From assembly GCF_006345805.1 (NCBI RefSeq), contig NW_021835441.1, forward strand, positions 1-40,458: a DNA stretch of 40,458 nucleotides, given 5' to 3'. The stretch comes from Octopus sinensis (lineage: Eukaryota). Made by a program: the position numbers and the translations under genes. The stretch's first letter is position 1. The number at the start of each line of letters is the position of its first letter. Under the pieces are notes generated by a model that did not search any database, had not been told where the DNA came from, and saw nothing but the letters and a program-made list of their open reading frames with translations. Of the stretch, positions 10,646 through 21,105 are shown piece by piece.

Positions 10646-10914
10646 GCGTGTTGTGTTCTTGAGCAAGGCACTTTATTTCACGTTGCTCCAGTTCACTCAG
10701 CTGTAGAAATGAGTTGCGACGTCACAGGTGCCAAGCTGTATCGGCCCTTGCCTTTCCCTTGGACAACATCGGTGACGTGGAGAGGGGAGGCCGGTATGCA
10801 TGGGCGACTGCTGGTCTTCCATAAAAAACAACCTTGCCCAGACTTGTGCCTCAGAGGGTATCTCTCTAGGTGCAAACCCATGGTCAGTGCCTGACTGAAG
10901 GGGGTCTTTACCCT
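10646..10914 (+). mobile_element. SINE family C, 5'-truncated, tandem copy 2
   Basis: 291-bp period with copy 1, separated by (TA)n. Confidence 0.9.
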
Positions 10915-10987
10915 ATATATATATATATAGGAATATATATTTTTCCCTATATATATATATTTATTTAAAGATATATATATATATATA

Positions 10988-11881
10988 GGAAAAATATAAG
11001 TTGAAAATACACTGAAAATAGTTAAAATATTTTTATTAATATTTTTAAAGCTTTAACCGGTTTCACAGTTTACACTGATTTTCAAAAAGTTCAAATAGAA
11101 AGACATGGTTTATGTCACAGCTGTCTTGCTTCTGACTAGTGTTTGAAGCTTATCCTATTTTTATTGGGAGTTCATGACTCAAATTAGTATGTCTTGAATA
11201 GGATTTTATTGGTAAAGGATAGCCACATGACTGGTCTTAGAAACTTTTGTAGCCCCCCCCCCCCCCCCCGCTATGTCTGTGTGTTAGTATCAAATGACAA
11301 TGTTTGACACTGTAAGTTAAGGCTGACATGGTTGACTGAACATGTGCAAACAATGAATCCTCTGAATGATTTTTGTCAATTGCTTGTAGAGAATGAACAC
11401 ATTTCCCCTAATGTTCTTGCATTAGTGTCACATGTCACCTAAAAAGAAGGCCAACATGGTTGAGTGAACATGTTAATCTAGGTACTCCAAATTTAATCTG
11501 GTGGGAGAGTGGACAGAAGTCGTTTGTATCCAGTGGTTAAAATTTAGGTTCTTAGCTGTGTAGCTTCCTCATGATAAGTGACAGAATGAATTTTGTGTGA
11601 ATGAATTGTGTATGTACTCTGTTTGTTAAGTCTTGGCTTCTATTTTTGTATGAAAGTATTTTCTAGGTTTGTCCGTGCTTCATCTGTGGTATTCACTTCA
11701 TTCTGTGGGAAGACTTAGAATTTGAGGGACTTAATTTTCACACATATATCTATGTGTCCATTCAGTGGAATCTGTCTAGTACTGCAGTCTCATATATGTT
11801 GTTGGTGAATGGTCAGTCTATTTCTTAGAGTAAGCTTTATTTTACCTGCATAATCTTCTTTACATCCTTGACATTTGATAG
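10988..11881 (-). mobile_element. Penelope-like element, 3' part (GIY-YIG plus 3' region)
   Basis: AIKCQGCKEDYAGK..LTIHQQHI..RQIPLNGHIDIC..ENTFIQK.KPRLN; contiguous with 17181 onward across the gypsy TSD. Confidence 0.8.
11051..11089 (-). ncRNA. Degenerate hammerhead-like motif at the PLE 3' end
   Basis: Minus strand: cttt-TTGAAAA-t-cagt/gtaa/actg-t-GAAA-CCGG-TT-aaag; helix I 4 bp, helix II 4 bp, ACCGGT palindrome; core differs from CUGAAGA by two transitions. Confidence 0.5.
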
Positions 11882-12298
11882 TGTAGTGATGCTACTGTGT
11901 AGGGTTCGGCGCGCATGCGCAGAATGGGACTACTTCCGGGTGGCCACCGGAAGTCTTCCCCATGCACATGTGCGGGAAAACATCTCTCGAGCCCGCGAAC
12001 CTCAAATCTCTCTCTTCGGCTCAAGACAGCACTGCGATCGGTCACGGTTTTCCTGGCTCTGACAGCCACACACCAGCTTCAACCAACTTCAACCAACCTC
12101 AACGACCAACACCAGCAGTATCTCAGAGGCTGTCTATTCCCCCATCAGACAACGTACAACCATGAATCAATAAACCAAGTTGTCTGTTCACCTTTAACCT
12201 GAGTTTCGTCTGTTTGTTTTCTGCAAGAATTTTGTATGTGACTAGAAAGGATCTCGACACCCTACCAGTGCTTCGATGATAGATCCTTTCACGTTACA
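11882..12298 (+). repeat. 5' LTR (417 bp)
   Basis: TGTAG...TTACA; AATAAA at 12169-12174. Confidence 0.97.
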
Positions 12299-12300
12299 AT

Positions 12301-12310
12301 TGGTGACCCC
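12301..12310 (+). promoter_or_regulatory. Primer-binding site, tRNA-Trp type
   Basis: TGGTGACCCC, 2 nt after the LTR, matches the first 10 nt of the known tRNA-Trp PBS TGGTGACCCCGACGTGAT. Confidence 0.85.
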
Positions 12311-12684
12311 TAGTTGAGAAAAAGAACAGGATAGAAGAAGACACAGCGAACAGGTTTTTTTTTGGGGCCGAAGAGCGCGGAAATTCATATTTATTTTCCT
12401 ATTTTTCTCCTTTTCAGCACGGCGAGGTGGGTCAAATAACCTTATTCATCGCACTCAGTACAAAAAGAAAGAAAAAAAAAAAAAAGAAAACACACACACA
12501 TTCATTTTTCCTTTTCTGTATTTTGTTTTCCTTGTACACACTTATTCCTTTTTTTTTTTTTTTGCTACCCACGAGGTGCACACACAAACACAATTTTGAA
12601 TTGCCTTCTCGGTTCCACGTGTTCTCTCTCCATTTCTCGACCATACCTTCTGCCCCCTTCTCACAGATTCCTTCCGACAAAGGC

Positions 12685-13425
12685 ATGGCTTCAGGTTTGC
12701 CTTCATTTACGGGGGATGCGGGGCTGTGGTTTGCACAGGTGGAATCACACTTTGCCGCGCATACCATTCCGCCACAACAGCAGTTACATCTACTGTATTC
12801 AAGTTTGCCCTCCCGGCTCGCAACATCGGTCAGGGATCTCATTGTGAGTCCCCATCCTGACGCCACATATGCGTCAGTAAAGGCGGAGATCCTCCGTCGC
12901 AACACGCGCTCAGAAGAAAGTCAGTTTAATGAGCTGATGGCCGACGAGCAGTTAGGGGACAGAACTCCATCCCAATTTCTGCGCCATCTAAGAGAGCTAA
13001 GCGGCAACGCCGCTGACGCGCCGCTCTTACGTAAGATATTTTTCTCAAGGCTGCCTGCCCACGTGCAGACAATGTTGGCCACGGCACTGGATGCTGTGTC
13101 TGTGGACCAGATCGCCACGATGGCCGACAAAGTGTTGGAGTTTTCGCGCCCATCTCCCTCGCGGGGCCTGTACGCATGTACAGAGCCCCCCCCCCCGACA
13201 CCTCCGACGAACGATAAACTGGCCGAGAACATCGACGCGCTTACGCGGAGGATCGATGATCTGTGCCGTGCGATCGGACGCCAATCTCATAGTCGCAGTA
13301 GCTCTATTTCCCGCAGTCGGAGTGACTCTGTTTCTCGTTCCGGCTGGTGCTGGTACCATTCGAGATATGCCGAAAAGGCAGATCGGTGTACCCAGCCGTG
13401 CACTTTCAAGCCCTCGGAAAACTAA
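12685..13425 (+). CDS. gag: Gag (246 aa from the ATG at 12685)
   Basis: [20 protein letters not shown]-terminus, [12 protein letters not shown]-terminal CWYH-X9-C-X3-C (CHCC) motif. Confidence 0.9.
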   Translation: MASGLPSFTGDAGLWFAQVESHFAAHTIPPQQQLHLLYSSLPSRLATSVRDLIVSPHPDATYASVKAEILRRNTRSEESQFNELMADEQLGDRTPSQFLRHLRELSGNAADAPLLRKIFFSRLPAHVQTMLATALDAVSVDQIATMADKVLEFSRPSPSRGLYACTEPPPPTPPTNDKLAENIDALTRRIDDLCRAIGRQSHSRSSSISRSRSDSVSRSGWCWYHSRYAEKADRCTQPCTFKPSEN

Positions 13426-13456
13426 ATCCGGAGGAGGTGAGCACGTCACCTTCTTC
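13416..13456 (+). other. Putative -1 ribosomal frameshift signal
   Basis: G GAA AAC at the Gag stop, 7-nt spacer, 11-bp hairpin GGAGGAGGTGA/GCACG/TCACCTTCTTC; pol is in the -1 frame. Confidence 0.7.
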
Positions 13457-16400
13457 CATCTCGTTTCCCAAACATCGTGCATTCTATGTAAAAGATCTGG
13501 TGTCGAAGACATTCTTCATGGTGGACACCGGCTCCTGTTGCAGCATCTGGCCCCTTCGTCTGGCTGCAGACAAGCCCAAGCGCTCTTCGATTGTCTTGCA
13601 TGCTATTGACTCGTCTCCCATAACCACTTACGGTCAGATTTCGCTGCGCCTCGACCTCAACCTTCGTCGAGACTTTCGATGGGTTTTCGTCATCGCTGAC
13701 ATCCCGCATCCTATTCTCGGCGCTGATTTCCTGGATAGGTTTAACCTATTGGTGGATGTCAGGCGTCGGAGGCTTCTTGATAGCACGACGTCGCTCTCTA
13801 CACCGACTGGGAGTTCCACCACTGCGGTCCTTAGCCCGACATTCTTTGTTGCCACCTCTGGAGACCCTTTTCACTCTCTTTTGGTTTTATTTCCGGAGCT
13901 AGTGGACATTGCCTTTAAACCGGAAAAGCCTACCCACTCGACCCTCCATTTCATCACCACCAATGGGCCACCTGTATTCTCACGCCCCCGGCGCCTAGCG
14001 CCAGACCGACTTAAAACGGCCAGAGCCGAGTTTGAGCACATGCTTCAACTTGGCCTTATACGCCCCTCCACCAGCCCATGGGCATCTCCCCTTCATTTGG
14101 CGCGAAAGGGCGAGTCTGATTTTCGCCCGGTTGGAGACTATCGACGCCTCAATGCCGTCACAATAGCCGATCGCTATCCGATTAGAAATCTCCGGGACTT
14201 TACAGCAAATCTCCATGGTTGTACCATTTTTTCGAAGGTCGATCTGATACGCGCTTACCACCAAATACCGGTCAACCCAGCCGACGTTCCAAAAACTGCA
14301 ATCACTACCCCGTTTGGGTGTTTTGAGTTTTTGTACATGAGTTTCGGTTTGCGGAATGCTACTAGCACCTTCCAGCGTTTCATTGATGAGGTTGTCCGCG
14401 GTCTTGATTTTGTGTTTGCCTATGTCGATGACATACTCATTGCGAGCGACACACGAGAAAATCATCTCCGGCACCTTTCTCAACTCTTCCAGCGTCTTCG
14501 CGCGTATAGCATACGCATAAACCCCGACAAGTGTGTTTTCGGACGCTCTTCCCTAGATTTTCTAGGGCATCATATTGATTCGACTGGAATCAGCCCCCTC
14601 TCGTCAAAAGTCGATGCCATTCAACGCATCGCACCCCCCACTTCCTTGCGCCAGCTCAGGCATTATCTAGGGATGGTCAATTTCTACCGACGCTTCATTC
14701 CCGGTTGTGCAGATAAGCTGCTACCTCTCACCAGGCTGTTAAAGGACTCTCCTAGAAAGGACAGTCAAGTCACCCTCTCTGTTGAGGCAGTGACAGCCTT
14801 TGAGTCCATTAAGAAGGAGCTGGCTTCTGTTTCTTTGCTTGCACATCCAGTTCCTGGTGCTTCTCTCTCTTTGACTGTGGACGCATCGGACACTGCGATT
14901 GGCGCTGTGTTACAACACACAGTGGATGACCATGTTCGACCTCTAGCCTTCTTTTCCCGTCAACTGCAACCAGCTGAACGACGATACAGCACCTTTGATC
15001 GTGAGCTCCTAGCGATCTATCTATCGGTTCGTCATTTCCAGCATCAACTTGAAGGGCGAGATTTTGTGATCTATACGGATCACAAGCCCCTTACGTTTGC
15101 CCTGTTTTCAAAAACGGACAAACTCTCACCCCGTGCTTTTCGGCACCTGGATTTTATCTCTCAATTTACTAGCAACATTCGACACATACCTGGAAAAGAG
15201 AACGTTCCTGCTGACGCTCTCTCTCGCCTTCCAGTTTGCGCCCTTTCGTCTCCTGCTGCTATCGACTTAGCTGCCATATCGCAGGAGCAGCCACCTTTGG
15301 CGTCGTTAGATTTAACTTCTCCCAAGTTCTCCTGTTGCCAGTTTTCCTACCTTCCGCTTCCGTCAGCCGAAGGCACCATTCTTTGTGACACTTCAACTGG
15401 ATCTCCCAGGCCACTGGTGCCTGAGACCCATCAACGCTCAGTGTTTGAAGCACTGCACTCCTTATCACATCCTGGCATCGCTGCCACCCTCAAACTAATC
15501 ACTGCTCGGTTTTTCTGGCCGAATATGCGTCGCACAATTACTTCTTGGACACGCACCTGCTCCAAGTGTCAACAATCCAAGATTCAACGGCACGTTCGTG
15601 CCCCGCTTGGACAATTTCCCCCCACGGAGGCCCGTTTTCGCCATGTCCACATCGATCTGGTTGGACCATGGCCTGTGAGTCACGGGTTCTCTTATCTATT
15701 AACTTGTGTCGATCGTTTCTCCCGCTGGCCAGAAGCCATTCCGATAGCAGACATTTCTGCTGAGACTGTTGCGCGAGCTTTCGTTTCAAACTGGATTTCT
15801 CGCTTCGGAGTCCCGTCCCGATTGACAACTGATCGTGGACGACAGTTTGAGGCCTCGCTATTTCGCGAATTGTCGCGAATTTTGGGTATGCACCATATCC
15901 ACACCACAAGCTACCATCCAGCGTCTAATGGATTGGTTGAGCGGTTCCATAGACAGCTCAAGGCCGCTCTTCGTGCCTCTTCGGACCCACAGTCCTGGAT
16001 CGAATTTCTGCCCATTGTGCTTCTCGGCTGTCGGACTGCTGTCAAGGCAGACCTGGGGTTTTCTGCTGCGGAGCTGCTGTATGGTACCACACTGGCATTG
16101 CCCGGTACGATGTTGGTGCCAGACACTTCCCCGCCCCATGATCCGGCGACCTATGTCACCAGACTGCGGGAATATTTTTCAAACCTTCCGCCCATGCTTC
16201 CCAGAAAGCAATCTCCACCGTCCCATCTTCCACCGGATATGAACACCTGGTCGCATGTTTTTGTTCGGGACGATTCTGTCAAGAGACCACTTGTTTCTCC
16301 CTATAAAGGACCTTTTCGTGTGCTTTCTCGCACACCAAAGGTTTTCACGATTGAGATAAATGGTCGTTCGGAGACCGTTTCCGTGGACCGTTTAAAAAAG

Positions 16401-16634
16401 GCACATTTTGAGACGTCTTCATCTTTTGATGACAACCTTGACACACCCACCTATGCACCTTTAACAACACTTTCACCTGCACAAACGCCTTCACCTGCAC
16501 AGACGCCTTTGCCTTCACCGGCTCCTACAACACCACCCTCGCCGTCAACGGGTGCCCCGAGCACACCGTATGTTACAAAATCGGGCAGAACAGTGCATTG
16601 GCCCAAGAAACTTTCAAAAACAATTTACATTTAA
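13416..16634 (+). CDS. pol: Pol polyprotein (protease, RT, RNase H, integrase)
   Basis: VDTGS protease; PFG..FGLRNA..YVDD RT; DASD/RELL/TDH/ADALSR RNase H; HHCC, D..D-35-E and GPF integrase; open frame 13347-16634, probably entered by frameshift. Confidence 0.97.
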   Translation, partial: GKLNPEEVSTSPSSISFPKHRAFYVKDLVSKTFFMVDTGSCCSIWPLRLAADKPKRSSIVLHAIDSSPITTYGQISLRLDLNLRRDFRWVFVIADIPHPILGADFLDRFNLLVDVRRRRLLDSTTSLSTPTGSSTTAVLSPTFFVATSGDPFHSLLVLFPELVDIAFKPEKPTHSTLHFITTNGPPVFSRPRRLAPDRLKTARAEFEHMLQLGLIRPSTSPWASPLHLARKGESDFRPVGDYRRLNAVTIADRYPIRNLRDFTANLHGCTIFSKVDLIRAYHQIPVNPADVPKTAITTPFGCFEFLYMSFGLRNATSTFQRFIDEVVRGLDFVFAYVDDILIASDTRENHLRHLSQLFQRLRAYSIRINPDKCVFGRSSLDFLGHHIDSTGISPLSSKVDAIQRIAPPTSLRQLRHYLGMVNFYRRFIPGCADKLLPLTRLLKDSPRKDSQVTLSVEAVTAFESIKKELASVSLLAHPVPGASLSLTVDASDTAIGAVLQHTVDDHVRPLAFFSRQLQPAERRYSTFDRELLAIYLSVRHFQHQLEGRDFVIYTDHKPLTFALFSKTDKLSPRAFRHLDFISQFTSNIRHIPGKENVPADALSRLPVCALSSPAAIDLAAISQEQPPLASLDLTSPKFSCCQFSYLPLPSAEGTILCDTSTGSPRPLVPETHQRSVFEALHSLSHPGIAATLKLITARFFWPNMRRTITSWTRTCSKCQQSKIQRHVRAPLGQFPPTEARFRHVHIDLVGPWPVSHGFSYLLTCVDRFSRWPEAIPIADISAETVARAFVSNWISRFGVPSRLTTDRGRQFEASLFRELSRILGMHHIHTTSYHPASNGLVERFHRQLKAALRASSDPQSWIEFLPIVLLGCRTAVKADLGFSAAELLYGTTLALPGTMLVPDTSPPHDPATYVTRLREYFSNLPPMLPRKQSPPSHLPPDMNTWSHVFVRDDSVKRPLVSPYKGPFRVLSRTPKVFTIEINGRSETVSVDRLKKAHFETSSSFDDNLDTPTYAPLTTLSPAQTPSPAQTPLPSPAPTTPPSPSTGAPSTPYVTKSGRTVHWPKKLSKTIYI

Positions 16635-16751
16635 CTTTCTTTAAAATGTTTCTTATTGTATAATAGTATGTACCAAGTCTTCTGGGGGATCGGCAAGCCT
16701 TCTGTTTTCTGCAGCACCACCACAATATTCTGGTTGCCGTACTTCGCACTC

Positions 16752-16760
16752 GGAGGGGAG
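16752..16760 (+). promoter_or_regulatory. Polypurine tract
   Basis: GGAGGGGAG ending 3 nt before the 3' LTR. Confidence 0.85.
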
Positions 16761-16763
16761 CCC

Positions 16764-17180
16764 TGTAGTGATGCTACTGTGTAGGGTTCGGCGCGCATGC
16801 GCAGAATGGGACTACTTCCGGGTGGCCACCGGAAGTCTTCCCCATGCGCATGTGCGGGAAAACATCTCTCGAGCCCGCGAACCTCAAATCTCTCTCTTCG
16901 GCTCAAGACAGCACTGCGATCGGTCACGGTTTTCCTGGCTCTGACAGCCACACACCAGCTTCAACCAACTTCAACCAACCTCAACGACCAACACCAGCAG
17001 TATCTCAGAGGCTGTCTATTCCCCCATCAGACAACGTACAACCATGAATCAATAAACCAAGTTGTCTGTTCACCTTTAACCTGAGTTTCGTCTGTTTGTT
17101 TTCTGCAAGAATTTTGTATGTGACTAGAAAGGATCTCGACACCCTACCAGTGCTTCGATGATAGATCCTTTCACGTTACA
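16764..17180 (+). repeat. 3' LTR (417 bp)
   Basis: Identical to the 5' LTR except G16848 versus A11966. Confidence 0.97.
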
Positions 17181-17614
17181 ATAGCATATTCCTTGAAGAA
17201 TATGTAAAGTGATTTTTTACGATAAAATCTGTCTTGATTTGAATTTGTATGTTGTGTCTTCAATAAGGTTGATGCAGGTCCTGCAATTGGGGTGGCCACA
17301 TTTTTTTACTGTTGGTGTAGGAATTGTGAAAGGTAATTTAGCACTTGTGAGGACATTTTTGAGGGACTTTGATTGTCTTTTACTTTTGATTATTTTGTCT
17401 ACTTTGAATGTGTGTTTCATTCTTGGGTCTTGTTTTAGTAGTGGGATGTTCTGGTGGATAATATTGTAAACGTCTGTGTTTCTTGGGTTGTGTGTTGTAA
17501 TAAAGGGTAAAGTATTGAATGTATCTGGAGCATTTTGCATTTTCCTTAGTTCTTCGATATTTATTGCTTTGGCACATTCTATTCCATTGTCTATTAGCAC
17601 TAATGGATATTGTC
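17181..17614 (-). pseudogene. Penelope-like RT thumb/linker up to the GIY-YIG start
   Basis: KRQYPLVLIDNGI..LPFITTHNPRN..KSKRQSKSLKNVLT..KCGHPNCRTC..HFTYSSRN. Confidence 0.85.
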
Positions 17615-17843
17615 TTTTTTGACTTCGATGACAATATTTGCAAACAAATATCTGGGACTGCGATGGAAACAAAAGTTGTTCTGACTTATGCCAATCTATT
17701 CATGGCATACATGGAGGTCCAGATATATGAACAATACAAATTAATATAGGGCTTGTACTTCCACAAATATCTACAAGAAGATTCTGTATAATTGTATCAA
17801 ACCCTGAAACTCACAATAAAAGACTCCAGGAACTAAAACAAGT
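17615..17843 (+). pseudogene. Inverted Penelope-like RT segment
   Basis: FDFDDNICKQISGTAMETK..YANLFM; then, after an internal deletion, RRFCIIVSNPETHNKRLQELKQV. Confidence 0.8.
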
Positions 17844-18371
17844 ACACACACACACACACACACATATACATATATATACATATATATATACATATATACA
17901 TACATACATATACATGTGTGTGTGTGTGTGTATACATGGTGGTTGTCTACTCCTTATGTAGAGTTTGACCACCTCCTGTATCTACACCTTAGCACCATCA
18001 TGGCATCTGATGTGGCTTTTTAAATCAGACAACACCCACACAGATTTCACATCTGATTTGGACCATTAAGAGATGTAGATGAGTTCTGATCTTTGTGGAT
18101 CTTAAAACCTTCTGGCATACACTGCATTCAAAGATGTGCACAGACATATAAGCAGAGTAGTTAGTGAGGGTTTGTTTTCCATGGGTTCATCTGCCATTCA
18201 AACAATATGGCTACACCATCTCAACTGGCTCCTCAAAATCATAGCTTTAATGGAGGTGATGCCTGAAGATGCAAGGACATCTGTGTTTGGAGTAAAAGAA
18301 CTCCAGTTAATTTTTTTTAATGTGATGACGGCATTTTTGGTGGAATTGTTACATATATATATACATATACA

Positions 18372-18563
18372 CTTTCATCATGTTGGACCACTGAAATCTA
18401 CAAGTTTTTTTCATTGTCTGTTTATTTTCTCTTATTCCTTTCTGTTGAAGAGTGCAGGATTGAAATGTAAAAGACTTTTTCATTTTTTCTGAGCATCAAA
18501 ATAATACATTTGCTTGTTGTTCACACATCTGTCTTCATCGTTTGCTTTTCTATAAATTTCAAC
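18372..18563 (+). mobile_element. Short PLE-type element with hammerhead-like motif, copy 2
   Basis: Homologous to 71-258; motif at 18438-18473 (cttt-CTGTTGA..GAAAT-GTA-aaag); flanked by (TA)n/(CA)n. Confidence 0.5.
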
Positions 18564-18574
18564 TATATATACAT

Positions 18575-18615
<41 letters not shown>

Positions 18616-18630
18616 CTCACATATATACAC

Positions 18631-20378
18631 AGAAAGCCTTTGACAGGGTCCCTCAATCCCTTATCTGGTGGTCAATACAGAAACTAGGGATAGATGAGTG
18701 GTTGGTGAAAGCTGTACAAACCATGTACAGAGAGGCTACCAATAAGGTGAAGGTTGGCAATGAGTACAGGGAAGAACTCGGGGTACAAGTAGATGTTCAC
18801 CAAGGATCGGTCCTCAAACCCTTGTTGTTCATCATAGTCCTCCAGGTAACAACAGAGGAATTTAAAACAGGCTAACCCTAGGAACTCCTCTATGTTGATG
18901 ACCTTGTTCTTATAGTTGAATCACTACCAGAACTAGAGAAGTTTCCGGTATGGAAGCAAGGTCTAGAACCAAAGGATCTTAGAGTTAACCTAGCAAAAAC
19001 CAAAGCCTTAGTAAGTAGGAAGGCAGGCAAATCACAAATCCCCTCAGGTAGATGACTCTGCTCAGTCTGTAGGAAAGGCAAAGGTAGAAATTTCATAAGA
19101 TGTACCCAGTGTAAGCTATGGTCACAAAAGATGCAACAACATCAGAGAAAGGTTAACAGGGAAACTAGTTTTTGTTTGTGGAAGGTGCACAGGTACAACA
19201 AGCACTGAAAATGTACAGAAAATAGACTTCATCAAATGCCAGTGGGGAAAACTAGAAGTAGTTGATAGCTTTCATTACCTAGATGACCAAGTCAGTAGTG
19301 GCGGGGGTGCTCTGAGAGTGTAGCTGCTAGAATAAGAATAAGTTGGGTGAGCTCCTTCCTCTGTTGGTAACAAAGGACCTCTCTCTCAGAGTGAAAGGCA
19401 AATTGTACAACGTCTGTGTATGAACAACCATGCTACATGGCAATGAAACATGAGCTGTGGCTGCCGGGAACTTGGATAGGCTTGAAAGAAATGAAGCCAG
19501 TATGCTTTGCTGGATATGGTTGTAGTGTGGTGGTGGTTGTCAGTGTAAATATCTTGAGAGAAAAGTTAGACATAATAATAGGCTTCAGATGTGGTGTGCA
19601 AGAGAGAAAACTTCGTTAGTATGGTCATGTGATGCATACGGATGTGGATAGCTGTGTGAAGTGTCAATTTCTACCAGTGGAAGGAAGCTGTGAAAGAGGG
19701 AGACCTGGGAAGACATGGGACAAGGTGGTGAAGAATGATCTTCAAACGTTGGGCCTCATGGAGGCAATGACCAGTGACTAAGACCTTTGGCATTATGCTC
19801 TGCTTGAGAAGACCTGTCAAGCCAAGTGAAATCATAGTTATGGCCATTGTCAGTGTTATGTAACCAGTACCTGTGTCGGTGGCACATAAAATGCACCTTT
19901 TGAGTGCTGGGCTTCATGGTGGTAATGACAAATACCCAATACCTTTGGCAATATGTTGTGCTTGAGAAGAAGACCCATCAAGCCAAGTGAAATCATAATT
20001 GTGGCAGATACTTATTTCTTTATTGCTCACAAGGGGCTAAACATAGAGGGGACAAACAATGGTATTTAGTCGATTACATCGACCCCAGTGCGTAACTGGT
20101 ACTTAATTTATCGACCCTGAAAGGATGAAAGGTAAAGTCGACCTCGGCGGAATTTGAACTCAGAACGTAACGGCAAACGAAATACAGCTATGCATTTCGC
20201 CCGGTGTGGTAACGTTTTTGCCAGCTCGCCTCTAATTGTGGCAGGTACTGGTGTCACGTAACTGGCACCTGTGCTAGTGGGACATAAATGCACCTGTTAC
20301 ACTCTCAGACTGGTTGGCATTAAGAAGGACATCCGTGGAAAATGGACACTAAATGATAATAATAATGATGATGATGAC
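18631..20378 (+). mobile_element. RTE-clade LINE, 5'-truncated, decayed
   Basis: KAFDRVP..HQGSVL.PLLF..LLYVDDLVL..KTK..YLDD..CGVQERKLR; 3' UTR ending in (AAT/GAT)n; interrupted by a SINE at 20012. Confidence 0.9.
20012..20232 (-). mobile_element. SINE family B with Tx1-like tail and 16-bp TSD
   Basis: TSD TAATTGTGGCAG(A/G)TAC at 19996-20011 and 20233-20248; B-box-like GAGTTCAAATTCC; homologous to 32814-33044. Confidence 0.9.
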
Positions 20379-20673
20379 ATATATATAAATATATATACTT
20401 CGTTTTTGCATCTGGTTTGCAAGAGTCTTTATGTGAAATATATATATAATCTTTTTGGGAACAATGGATCTCAAAGTACATTAAGCTATAAATAATGATT
20501 AGATGTTTACAAATCATCCTGTATCTGTTACAAGGTCAGCTGGGTTGGTCTTTAGAGTGGTTGTAAATCTTAGTCCAAGCGTTGAATTTCTTGATGAGTT
20601 AAGATTTTGTTGGATAAATTAATTATTTTTGAGTTTATTAGTGTGTTTGCTTTCTAATATCTCTTGAGGGACG

Positions 20674-20890
20674 AAGGCGGTGAGCTAACAGAATCATTGG
20701 TATGCTAAGAAAATGCTTAGTGGCATTTTGCCTATCCTTACATTCTGAATTAAAATTCTACCGAGGTTGACTTTGCCTTTCATCCTTTCAGTGCTGATAA
20801 AATAATTACCAGTGAAGCACTGGGGCTAATGTAATCAACTTGCCCCCTCCCATGAACTGCTGGCCTTGTGCCAAAATTTGAAACCATTAT
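20674..20890 (+). mobile_element. SINE family B with alternative tail
   Basis: Same head and body; tail CCCCCTCCC..GGCCTTGTGCCAAAATTTGAAACC(ATT)n. Confidence 0.8.
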
Positions 20891-20910
20891 CATTATTGCT
20901 ATTACTATTG

Positions 20911-21105
20911 AGGTGGCAAGCAGGCAGAATCATTAGCAGCATTTCATCTGTGTTTACATCTTGGGTTCAACATCTTGGGTTTACAACTTTGCCTTTCATC
21001 CTTTTGGTGTCAATAAAATAAGTAGCAGTCAAAACTGAGGTCGATATAATTGACTTATCCCCTTCCCCAAAACTACTGGCCTTCAGCCAAATTTTGAAAT
21101 TGATA
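20911..21105 (+). mobile_element. SINE family B, alternative tail, degenerate
   Basis: TTTGCCTTTCATCCTTT body and CCAAAATTTTGAAA tail. Confidence 0.7.

Larger units (their letters stand above)
11882..17180 (+). mobile_element. Full-length Ty3/gypsy LTR retrotransposon, CsRn1-like lineage
   Basis: TG..CA LTRs, ATAG TSD (11878-11881, 17181-17184), tRNA-Trp PBS, PPT, CHCC Gag, PR-RT-RH-IN order, no disablements seen. Confidence 0.97.

Noticed and set aside
12427-12684. 86-codon in-frame extension upstream of the gag ATG with a hydrophobic stretch
   Set aside because: It comes from A/T homopolymer runs, starts at a GTG that is better read as a splice donor, and Gag homology begins at 12685.
12432-16242. 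Antisense and alternate-frame ORFs over gag/pol and in the LTRs
   Set aside because: Expected shadows of GC-richer coding DNA; no recognisable domains.
16635-16763. Possible env or extra ORF
   Set aside because: Only about 130 nt separate the pol stop from the 3' LTR.
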